A DNA stretch of 49,081 nt. Origin: an uncultured Rhizobium sp. (GTDB lineage: Bacteria; Pseudomonadota; Alphaproteobacteria; Rickettsiales; UBA1997). The notes under the pieces were generated by a model. The model was not told where the DNA came from. It saw nothing but the letters and a program-made list of their open reading frames with translations, and searched no databases. Shown here one piece after another: positions 37,050-45,001 of this stretch. The position numbers and the translations under genes were made by a program. The stretch covers positions 1 through 49,081 of the forward strand of contig CAZENB010000002.1 in the NCBI GenBank assembly GCA_964513555.1, in the 5' to 3' direction. Within the stretch, counting starts at the first letter, position 1; every line of letters starts with the position of its first letter.

Positions 37050-38070
37050 ACATTAAAATTAAGTTTTCTTCTAATTTTTGTAAATCAACAATTAAGCTTC
37101 CATGGTGAAAATCTTTTACTTTACTGTTTTCTCCAATTTGGCATTCTTGATATAAGTAGTTTATATTTAATATTGAAGATAGTTTGTAATAGTCGGTAAG
37201 CAATTTATTATCGCTGGGTTTGGTTGCCATTTCTAATAAATAACTATTTTCTTTCATGAATAAAATATTTGTTAATCCTGCTCCATGTGGGCTTATAAGA
37301 TATTTTGTCTTTGTACTAATTGCAATTTGCTCATCATAAGAAAATTCGTCAATAATTACTTTTTTAAAGCCATATTTTTCTAATACTTTTATTAATTCTT
37401 CTTCATTTTCAACAAATCGTAAAACTTGATTCTGGCGCGAGATGTATATTTTTTCACCAAAGTCAAAATTAGTTTTTTTGATATTAGTTGTTAGAACATT
37501 TCTTAATTTATTAAAAGCGACAGGATTTTGTTGAGATGTTTCAAGCAAAGCTAGCTCTCTTACTTTGATGTTTGATTTTCTTGGAAGAAAGATGATTTGA
37601 TCACTTGAAATTCCCATTTTTTTGAGTGATGGCAAAACAAATTTATATTTTTTATATTTTTTTGGTAAAACTAAAATAGCATTTTCAGTTAATTTCTTTT
37701 TCTGAAGAATTAGTAACTTTGATAAAGCAAAAATATGCCAATGGTAGTAATTGCTAGTCCACTCATCGGTAATCAAAATGAATCTTTTTTTGCTAAAATT
37801 TAATTTTGGGAAAATAAATTTTATAAAAAATTTGTAACCTTTTTTATAGAGATCGTAGTTATTTTCGCTAATACAACTTTCTCTGTAGATTTTAAAGTAA
37901 TTAAAGACAACGCTATTTGTTGCAATTCTAACATTTTTTAGCAAATTAATTTTTGGCTCAAGGTAATTCTCTTCAGAAGAATTGCCAAATATTTTAAATT
38001 CAGAATTATTTTCTTTAAAATTAAGAGGCTTTTTGTAGTAAATTGTTAGTGGTGAAAAAATATTTTTCAT
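37021..38070 (-). CDS. glycosyltransferase family 61 (DUF563) protein
   Basis: SNYYHWHIFALSKLLIL and ISPHGAGLTNILFM motifs typical of DUF563/GT61. The 3' end overlaps the ygfZ start. Confidence 0.75.
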   Translation of the reverse strand: MKNIFSPLTIYYKKPLNFKENNSEFKIFGNSSEENYLEPKINLLKNVRIATNSVVFNYFKIYRESCISENNYDLYKKGYKFFIKFIFPKLNFSKKRFILITDEWTSNYYHWHIFALSKLLILQKKKLTENAILVLPKKYKKYKFVLPSLKKMGISSDQIIFLPRKSNIKVRELALLETSQQNPVAFNKLRNVLTTNIKKTNFDFGEKIYISRQNQVLRFVENEEELIKVLEKYGFKKVIIDEFSYDEQIAISTKTKYLISPHGAGLTNILFMKENSYLLEMATKPSDNKLLTDYYKLSSILNINYLYQECQIGENSKVKDFHHGSLIVDLQKLEENLILMFEHGKNNSN

Positions 38071-38131
38071 ATTTTAAAGATGTTTTATTATTTTATAAAA
38101 AAACCAATACATAATTTTTTAATCTTAAAGT

Positions 38132-38564
38132 ATGAAAATTATAAACGCAATTCACGCACAAAATGTTGGTGGTGTAGATCAAGTTTTTTGTAATTATGCC
38201 AAAGTTCTTACTTGTTGGAGTGGTTAAAAACAAGCCAAATTTTTTCAAAGATGTTGATATTTTTTGTGTTCCATCAAGAGAAGAGCCATTTGTTTTGGTA
38301 ATTTTGGAAGGATTCTTACATTCAACTTTGGTTATATCGTCAAATACTGATGGAGGAAAATTACTAATTGAAAATGGTGAAGATGGATTTTTATTTACAA
38401 ATGAAGATGAAAAAAATCTTGCAGAAAAAATTGAACTTGCTTTAAAAAGTTCAGAAGTTTATGAAAAATTAACTAAAAAAGCTTTTGAAAAGCTTGAAAA
38501 CAAATTTAGTATAAACAATCTTGCAAAAGAAATATCTAAAATTTTACAAGTCATTGCTGGATGA
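38132..38564 (+). pseudogene. decayed GT4 glycosyltransferase (N-terminal 31 codons plus frameshifted C-terminal Glycos_transf_1 fragment; the middle is deleted)
   Basis: 38132-38227 encodes MKIINAIHAQNVGGVDQVFCNYAKVLTCWSG*, a GT4 N-terminus. In another frame, 38196-38564 encodes ...DIFCVPSREEPFVLVILEGFLHSTLVISSNTDGGKLLIENGEDGFLF..., a GT-B C-terminal motif. About 200 aa of a normal GT4 are missing. Confidence 0.7.
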
Positions 38565-38890
38565 TAAAAAAATTACTTTTACTAACTTTAATGTTTTTTA
38601 CTAGCTCTTGCTGGATGATGGCTGAACCAATGCCACCAAGTTGGAATTGGGGTGCAAAACCTCGTCCTCTTACTGGTGTGAGAAATTTTCCATCAACTGA
38701 AAGTGAATATGGAAAAGGTTTTAAAGATGGTTGTGGATCATCTTGGGATGTTGTTACTAAAGGTTTGCTATCTGATATTAATGAAAAAAAATATGATTTT
38801 CTAAGAATGCAAAAAAGTCCAGACTACAATACCGGTTGGTGGGATGGATATGAACAATGCACTTATATTGTTGATTGGGATGTTGTATAG
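38561..38890 (+). CDS. small lipoprotein, paralog 1 of the G[WF]xDGC family
   Basis: Lipobox MFFTSSC; motifs YGKGFKDGC and YNTGWWDGYEQC; ATGA overlap with the upstream pseudogene. Confidence 0.8.
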   Translation: MIKKLLLLTLMFFTSSCWMMAEPMPPSWNWGAKPRPLTGVRNFPSTESEYGKGFKDGCGSSWDVVTKGLLSDINEKKYDFLRMQKSPDYNTGWWDGYEQCTYIVDWDVV

Positions 38891-38918
38891 TTGTAATAGA
38901 GAAAAATTTATAATTAAA

Positions 38919-39272
38919 ATGAAAAGTTTTATAGTTAATTTTATGTTGTTACTTCTAATAATTTCTTGCAGAAAGCCAGATAATTTTGGTTTTTATCAGC
39001 CAATTACTATGAGTTTAAAAGTTCCAGATGGTCCTGCAGAGTATCAAGCTGGCTGGCATGCTGGTTGTAAAACAGCTTTATCACAAAAAACCTTTGCAAA
39101 TGCCAGCGTTTATTTAACTCCAAATCATGGTCCTGATTTAGGAAATGGTATTTATCAGCATGATTCTGCTTTTCAAACTGGTTGGGGTCAGGGTTGGTTT
39201 GCATGTATATTACATATTTCTGGTTTTGTCACAGATAATTATAGGGCTATGAGATATGGACCTTTAGATTGA
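38919..39272 (+). CDS. small lipoprotein, paralog 2
   Basis: MKSFIVNFMLLLLIISC lipobox (ATG 38919 preferred to the track start 38844); motifs YQAGWHAGC and FQTGWGQGWFAC. Confidence 0.75.
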   Translation: MKSFIVNFMLLLLIISCRKPDNFGFYQPITMSLKVPDGPAEYQAGWHAGCKTALSQKTFANASVYLTPNHGPDLGNGIYQHDSAFQTGWGQGWFACILHISGFVTDNYRAMRYGPLD

Positions 39273-39279
39273 TTGATTA

Positions 39280-39633
39280 ATGAGAAAATACTTTTTTAGT
39301 TTAATAACTTTAGTTCTAATGACTTCTTGTAAATACGAGGTTGCAAAAAGTCTTTTTCCAGAAAGGCCTGATTCTGCTTTTAAAGAAGATTTAGAAAAAG
39401 CATCGCCTGATTTCCGCCTTGGTTGGCGAGATGGTTGTGAAACTGGTATGTCTGGAGGCTCAAATACATTTTATAAAATATTTTATCGTAATAATGCATC
39501 TGATGGTTACAGAATGACGAGTTCATCTGATTATAAAACTGCATGGGGTAATGCTTTTTGGTATTGTTACCGTCATGACTATGTTAAACAAAAAAGTGGT
39601 ATTTGGGGTTCAATGTTTAAAGGATATCAGTAA
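39280..39633 (+). CDS. small lipoprotein, paralog 3
   Basis: Lipobox LVLMTSC; motifs FRLGWRDGC and YKTAWGNAFWYC. Confidence 0.8.
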   Translation: MRKYFFSLITLVLMTSCKYEVAKSLFPERPDSAFKEDLEKASPDFRLGWRDGCETGMSGGSNTFYKIFYRNNASDGYRMTSSSDYKTAWGNAFWYCYRHDYVKQKSGIWGSMFKGYQ

Positions 39634-40172
39634 TGGTTAGAAATTTACTTTTATTTATTGTAATATTCCAATTTTCTTCATGTAAATGGTTTACGCGTAT
39701 AGGAAGTCCTTTTTTTTCTGGCACTAATATTAAAATTCCAGATGGAACTCCGACATTTCAAAAAGGCTTTAAAGATGGATGTTCAAGTTCGACATATGCA
39801 AGGGGAAATGTACTTTATCGTAATAAATATGGTTATAGATATGATCCGAATATGATTGGTAATTCTGAATATCGTTTTGGTCATTCAAGAGGTTATACTT
39901 GGTGTTTCCAACAAGCTCTTTCTGGTGATACTGGTCCAGTTGGTTCTTGGGATAAATATATACATCCTGGAGGATATGACTCAACATTTAGTTCTGGTAA
40001 TATTGAAGGGGCGTGGGGTGGTTTTTTTGGTGTTCACGGCGCATCTTTAGGGCAATCAGTTGGAGGTGATGTCGGTGGGTTTGTGGGGGTTTTAACAAAT
40101 GGTGGCTCCAGTGTTCATAATGCTAATCCATTGTGGGCTGGTGGTTCATCGGGGCAAATTTTTGGACAATAA
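39633..40172 (+). CDS. small lipoprotein, paralog 4, with Gly-rich C-terminal extension
   Basis: Lipobox FQFSSC; motifs FQKGFKDGC and YRFGHSRGYTWC. Tail GAWGGFFGVHGASLGQSVGGDVGGFVGVLTNGG. 1-nt overlap with paralog 3. Confidence 0.8.
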   Translation: MVRNLLLFIVIFQFSSCKWFTRIGSPFFSGTNIKIPDGTPTFQKGFKDGCSSSTYARGNVLYRNKYGYRYDPNMIGNSEYRFGHSRGYTWCFQQALSGDTGPVGSWDKYIHPGGYDSTFSSGNIEGAWGGFFGVHGASLGQSVGGDVGGFVGVLTNGGSSVHNANPLWAGGSSGQIFGQ

Positions 40173-40173
40173 A

Positions 40174-40692
40174 ATGAATATTAAATTTTTTTTTATACTT
40201 TGCTTGATTATAGCCTTATCAAATTGTGTTCCGAATTGGTGGAAGCCTTATGGTTATCAAGTATTTAAACAAATGCCAAAAAATGGATCTCCAGGATATA
40301 CTTTAGGTTGGATTCATGGTTGCCAGTCTGGTCTTGGAAGCCAATTTGGCGGTGCTATTTATATGACTTTTTATACTTGGAGTAGAGATCCAGATATCGC
40401 TTCAGTAAATCCAGATATTCCAAAAATAAGAGCGCGTTATAAAAAGGAGCTAAGGGCGGTAAATTGGGATAATCCTGCAGATGTAAAGAAAAATTTTAGT
40501 GATTACAATACAATTTTTTGGGGGGCTCATTCATTTTGTCGCCACTCAACACTTGGAATTTTGCAAACTGCAGCAATGGCTCCCAAACTTCCAGGGGAAG
40601 ACCGACATACTTGGGATGAACATAGTTTAGGTAATATTTGGAAAATTAATGGTAAAGGTGATACAAGATATGCTGTTGGTGGTTTATGGTAG
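40174..40692 (+). CDS. small lipoprotein, paralog 5
   Basis: MNIKFFFILCLIIALSNC lipobox (ATG 40174 preferred to the track start 40099); motifs YTLGWIHGC and YNTIFWGAHSFC. Confidence 0.75.
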   Translation: MNIKFFFILCLIIALSNCVPNWWKPYGYQVFKQMPKNGSPGYTLGWIHGCQSGLGSQFGGAIYMTFYTWSRDPDIASVNPDIPKIRARYKKELRAVNWDNPADVKKNFSDYNTIFWGAHSFCRHSTLGILQTAAMAPKLPGEDRHTWDEHSLGNIWKINGKGDTRYAVGGLW

Positions 40693-40766
40693 AATAAAAT
40701 AGAATTTAAAGACTTAAATTTTTATTTAAAAATTCGGGAATTATGTTTTTTTAAAGACAAGAAGAT

Positions 40767-40792
40767 TGTCATCCTTCTCTAAAATCAGGATA
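40767..40792. repeat. palindromic element family 1, copy E (degenerate, internally deleted)
   Basis: tgtcatccttctctaaaatcaggata keeps the left terminus tgtcatcctt and the right-terminus-like tcaggata. Confidence 0.35.
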
Positions 40793-40933
40793 AGGGTTAG
40801 TATAAGAATTTAATTGTGCACTGGGTTATAATTATATAATTCCTCAAAATTTAAATTTGATTTTTTCTAAAATATTTTTAAACTCACTGAAATTCAAATT
40901 TTCAATTATTTTTTCAATTTTTTACTCTTAGAA

Positions 40934-42916
40934 ATGCTTCCTTTTCTTGTGGTATTTTTGCCTCTTTTTGGTTTCCTTATTAGTGGATTTTGTTCTCGTG
41001 TTGTATCGACAAAAGTTTCTCAGCATTTTGTTGATAAAATTGCTCAAGTTCTAACAACCTTTCTTTTAATAGCTTCAGCAGCTTGTGCTGTTACAATCTT
41101 TTCTGATTTCGTAATTCGTGGCGAAGACGCAAATCAAAATATCAAGCTTCTTACCTGGATTTCTTCTGGTACTTTCAATGTTAATTGGTCACTCAATATT
41201 GATCAAATTACAGCAATAATGCTTGTAGTGGTAACAGTGGTTTCAAGTTTAGTTCATATTTATTCAACCGCTTACATGCACGAAGATAAGTCAATTGCGC
41301 GTTTCATGTCTTATCTTTCACTGTTTACATTTTTTATGTTGGTTTTAGTAACAGCTGATAATTTTTTACAACTTTTTGTTGGTTGGGAAGGTGTGGGTTT
41401 GGCTTCTTATCTTTTGATTGGTTTTTGGTTTAAAAAGCAATCAGCAAATGCTGCTGCAATTAAAGCATTTGTTGCAAACCGTGTTGGTGATTTTGGACTA
41501 ATTATTGCTATCTCACTAATTTATGCAACTTTTGGAACTGTTGAATATTCTGCAGTTTTTTCAAGTGTAAGTGATCATTTGAACGATCAGTTTTGGTTAT
41601 TTGGAAAATCATTTAGAAGCCTTGATGTAATTTGTATTGCTCTTTTTATTGGTGCAATGGGTAAATCGGCACAAATTGGTTTGCATGTTTGGCTTGCTGA
41701 CGCGATGGAAGGTCCAACTCCAGTTTCTGCTTTAATTCACGCTGCAACAATGGTTACAGCTGGTGTTTTCTTGGTTGCAAGATGCTCCCCAGTTTTTGAG
41801 TATTCTGATATTGCTTTGGCAATGATAACATTGGTTGGAGCAACAACTGCAATTTTTGCCGCAACAATTGCAATCACACAAAATGACATTAAAAAAGTTA
41901 TTGCCTACTCAACTTGTTCACAGCTTGGCTATATGTTTTTTGCTTGTGGTGTTTCAGCTTATTCAGCGGCAATTTTTCACCTTGCAACACATGCTTTCTT
42001 TAAAGCCTTACTTTTCTTGGGTGCGGGCAGTGTAATACATGCAATGCATCACGAGCAAGATATTCAAAAAATGGGAGGAATTTGGAAAAAAATTCCAATC
42101 ACTTATGCAATGTTTTGGATTGGATCTCTTGCTCTAGCTGGTTTTCCTCCATTCGCTGGTTACTATTCAAAAGACTTGATCTTAGAAGCAGCTTATATGT
42201 CTCACGCACCTTTTGCTAAACTTGCTTTCGTTCTTGGTTTAGCAGCTGCATTTTTGACAGCTTTTTATTCTTGGCGTTTGTTATTTTTAGTTTTTCATGG
42301 TAAAACTAGATCTGACAAACACACATTTGACCATGCTCATGAATCACCAAAAGCAATGTTAATTCCTCTCTTTGTTTTAGCCTTTGGATCAGTTTTTGCT
42401 GGTTTTGTTGGTGCTAAATTTTTACATATGATTTCTGCGGAACATAACTTTTTTGGTTCAGCAATTTTCTTACTTCATGAGAATAAGTCTATCCTAGAAG
42501 AAGTACATCACGCTCCATTTTTGGTTAAAATATCTCCTCTAATAGTTGGTATTATAGCAATTTACTTATCTTATGTGTTTTATCTTGTAAAAACTGAATA
42601 TCCGGCAAGACTAGCTAAAAAGTTTAATAATTTATATAAAATTTCCTTCAATAAATGGTATTTTGATGAAATTTATGAATCAGCATTTGTAAGTCCAACT
42701 AAGAAATTAGGAACATTCTTGTGGAAGTTCTTTGATATTAAAGTAATTGATGATGTTGGTCCAAACGGCATAGTTCTGTTATGTAAAAAAGCAGCACAAA
42801 AGGTAAGTAAAATCCAGACAGGTTATATCTATAACTACGCTTTATGGATGGCTATTGGTTTGGCTGTGATAATGATGTTTTTGTTGTCGTCTTTCAAAGA
42901 TATACTAGCCTCATAA
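40934..42916 (+). CDS. nuoL: NADH-quinone oxidoreductase subunit L
   Basis: 660 aa. Antiporter-like core (WEGVGLASYLLIGFW, GKSAQIGLHVWLADAMEGPTPVSALIHAATMVTAG) plus the C-terminal lateral-helix region with KWYFDEIY. Confidence 0.92.
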   Translation: MLPFLVVFLPLFGFLISGFCSRVVSTKVSQHFVDKIAQVLTTFLLIASAACAVTIFSDFVIRGEDANQNIKLLTWISSGTFNVNWSLNIDQITAIMLVVVTVVSSLVHIYSTAYMHEDKSIARFMSYLSLFTFFMLVLVTADNFLQLFVGWEGVGLASYLLIGFWFKKQSANAAAIKAFVANRVGDFGLIIAISLIYATFGTVEYSAVFSSVSDHLNDQFWLFGKSFRSLDVICIALFIGAMGKSAQIGLHVWLADAMEGPTPVSALIHAATMVTAGVFLVARCSPVFEYSDIALAMITLVGATTAIFAATIAITQNDIKKVIAYSTCSQLGYMFFACGVSAYSAAIFHLATHAFFKALLFLGAGSVIHAMHHEQDIQKMGGIWKKIPITYAMFWIGSLALAGFPPFAGYYSKDLILEAAYMSHAPFAKLAFVLGLAAAFLTAFYSWRLLFLVFHGKTRSDKHTFDHAHESPKAMLIPLFVLAFGSVFAGFVGAKFLHMISAEHNFFGSAIFLLHENKSILEEVHHAPFLVKISPLIVGIIAIYLSYVFYLVKTEYPARLAKKFNNLYKISFNKWYFDEIYESAFVSPTKKLGTFLWKFFDIKVIDDVGPNGIVLLCKKAAQKVSKIQTGYIYNYALWMAIGLAVIMMFLLSSFKDILAS

Positions 42917-42938
42917 AAATATGAAGATAAGAGTTTCT

Positions 42939-42965
42939 AAAATGTTATTAATTTAGTAACATTTT
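42939..42965 (+). terminator. weak AT-rich hairpin after nuoL
   Basis: aaaatgtta / taacatttt 9-bp stem with a 9-nt loop, 23 nt after the stop. Low GC, so low confidence. Confidence 0.3.
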
Positions 42966-43491
42966 GGACTATAACTTCCTGTGAATATATCAAATAAGTT
43001 TGGTAAGATGTTTATAAAGAGAAAGTAAGCCGTTTTTTTAATCAGTACAGAATTATTTTTTTTGGTAAATCACTACCATTTTTCTGATAATTCATGAAAA
43101 TTTCTTGAAAGAAATAAAGTAATTCTTATCGATAGTAAAAAAAACAAAGCTAATAATTCTAATTTAGTTTCTGGTTATATATATTTTCAAACTTACAATT
43201 ATAAATTAACACCTGAGCAGCTAGAAAAACTAAACTTTCTTTGTGGTTTTAAAAAAATTAAGAAGAACTTGTTTTTGAAATTAATGTAGAGGTTTCTGGA
43301 AGCACTATTTGGGAATTGAAAACCCAAATTCATATTTTCTTATATCTCAGAATATTTGCGAATTTGAAATTAAATGCAATCAAACAAAAACAAGAAGAGT
43401 AGAAAAAGTTGTAGAAACTCCATTTGCAATATTTGGTGACTTTTTAGTAATTATTAAAGAAGTTTTAGCCTCATTTTTTAAAGAATAATTT

Positions 43492-44076
43492 ATGGATCAT
43501 AAGAAACTACGCGATTGTTTTGGTTTATTTACTACTGGTGTTATTGTCGCTTGTGCTAAAAAAAATAATTTTTTGACTGAGAAGCTTTCTCACGCTGCTT
43601 TTTTTGAAAGCGAAGTTTTTACTAAGAAGCTTTTAAACAATAAAATATTTGGTGAAATTCTAAAAAAAATTTTTACTGATGAGTTTTTTGGAATGACCAT
43701 CAATTCTTTTTCTTCGGTATCTTTAGCTCCACCTTTAGTTTCTTTTTGTATTGACAATAGATCTAATAATTTAAGGCTTTTTAAGAAGAACGAATATTTT
43801 TCTTTGAATATACTAAGTGAAAATCAGGTTGAACTGGCAAAGGAGTTTGCAACCCCAAGAAACAGCAAAAAATGGCAAATTGAGAATTATTTTTTAGGAA
43901 AAAAAGGTAGTCCAGTTTTTGAAAACTCATTATGTTTTTTTGAATGTAAAAAACATAAAATTATTAAAGCTGGAGATCACCATATTATTATCGGTGAAGT
44001 TATCGATTTTGGAAAAATAAAAGATGATCAACCTTTGCTTTACAGCAAATCAAAATTTGGATTTATTAGATTATAA
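43492..44076 (+). CDS. flavin reductase-like domain protein (HpaC/NADH:flavin oxidoreductase family)
   Basis: FTTGVIV...GMTINSFSSVSLAPPLVSFCI...AGDHHIIIGEV. Carries an extra segment of about 40 aa between the first two motifs. Confidence 0.75.
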   Translation: MDHKKLRDCFGLFTTGVIVACAKKNNFLTEKLSHAAFFESEVFTKKLLNNKIFGEILKKIFTDEFFGMTINSFSSVSLAPPLVSFCIDNRSNNLRLFKKNEYFSLNILSENQVELAKEFATPRNSKKWQIENYFLGKKGSPVFENSLCFFECKKHKIIKAGDHHIIIGEVIDFGKIKDDQPLLYSKSKFGFIRL

Positions 44077-44088
44077 TTTTATGCCAAG

Positions 44089-44655
44089 CTAATTAGAAAT
44101 ATTAGCTATTAACTCTTTATCTCTCATCATATTACTAACCAGTTCGTGCAATAGATTGTTAATGTTATTTTCATCTGTTGAAGCAAAAGAGGAAATAAAG
44201 TGCTTATTTTTAAATTCTAAAGTATAGTTTTTGCTAAACTCTTTATTTTTACCTTTGTTATCTTTTACATCAACTCTGATAACTCCTTTAGTTTCAGAAT
44301 TTCCTATAGGAAACCCACGTTGTGCTTTATGAATTAAAGTTTTAATTCTTACTTCTATTATTTTATCATTTCCTTCTATAAAACCCTGATTTACTAAGTT
44401 TTCTTTGATTTTAAACTTTAAAATGTCTGCTAGATTTTGCTCCGAAAAAACATTAACTCTTGTTTGACCAAACTTCTTTTTCCCCAAAATTTTCTTATTG
44501 TGTCTTTCATCAGAAACTCTTAGATCAAAGGTTTTTTTTGCAATTGAGTTACTTTTATTTTCGTTTTCGACATCAAAATTAAAAACAATTTTTTGATTTT
44601 TATATGAGCAAGAAAAACTTGCGAGAAGAGCGAAAATCAGCAGTAGTTTTTTCAT
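44089..44655 (-). CDS. lipoprotein, possibly YajG-like
   Basis: Lipobox LLASFSC; 188 aa. Size and motif order are loosely like YajG (Lipoprotein_16), which is a weak assignment. Confidence 0.45.
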   Translation of the reverse strand: MKKLLLIFALLASFSCSYKNQKIVFNFDVENENKSNSIAKKTFDLRVSDERHNKKILGKKKFGQTRVNVFSEQNLADILKFKIKENLVNQGFIEGNDKIIEVRIKTLIHKAQRGFPIGNSETKGVIRVDVKDNKGKNKEFSKNYTLEFKNKHFISSFASTDENNINNLLHELVSNMMRDKELIANISN

Positions 44656-44788
44656 TGTAATTTTTTATTTTATAGGTTTTGCAGAATTTTTAGAAAATAA
44701 ATATTAAATTCCAAGAATACCTAATGTCAAAGAAATAATAGTTTGATATTTTTGAGGGATAATTGCCAATTATAGATTACAATTAAAA

Positions 44789-44816
44789 TTGACAAAAAAA
44801 TTATTAAGTTGATAAT
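44789..44816 (+). promoter_or_regulatory. near-consensus sigma70 promoter upstream of rpsD
   Basis: TTGACA (44789-44794), 16-nt spacer, GATAAT (44811-44816). This implies a leader of about 180 nt before the rpsD ATG at 45002. Confidence 0.45.
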
Positions 44817-45001
44817 TGTTGTCCTTCCTCATTTTTGATGTGAAGCCCTTTTGAAAAAATCCTAACTTATCAGACAGAGCTTATCTTATTAGTTCATCTG
44901 CTTGGCATTTTTCAAAAATTTTTCAGGGAAAATTTCTGAGTAAAAATACAAAGAAAAATCCTGTAAAACCTTGGGAATATTAATTAAAAACCAGTCTTAT
45001 C

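Noticed and set aside
38844-38918. Upstream extension of lipoprotein paralog 2 (track start 38844, MDMNNALILLIGMLYSCNREKFIIK)
   Set aside because: It overlaps the 3' end of paralog 1. The ATG at 38919 gives a canonical n-h-lipobox signal peptide like the other paralogs. The extension also contains a lipobox-like LYSC, so the start remains slightly uncertain.
26970-43600. Shared 12-mer gagaagctttct in the dsbD upstream region (about 26975) and in the flavin reductase insert (about 43580)
   Set aside because: A rough estimate for a 49-kb AT-rich sequence predicts many chance 12-mer matches, and there is no extended similarity around it.
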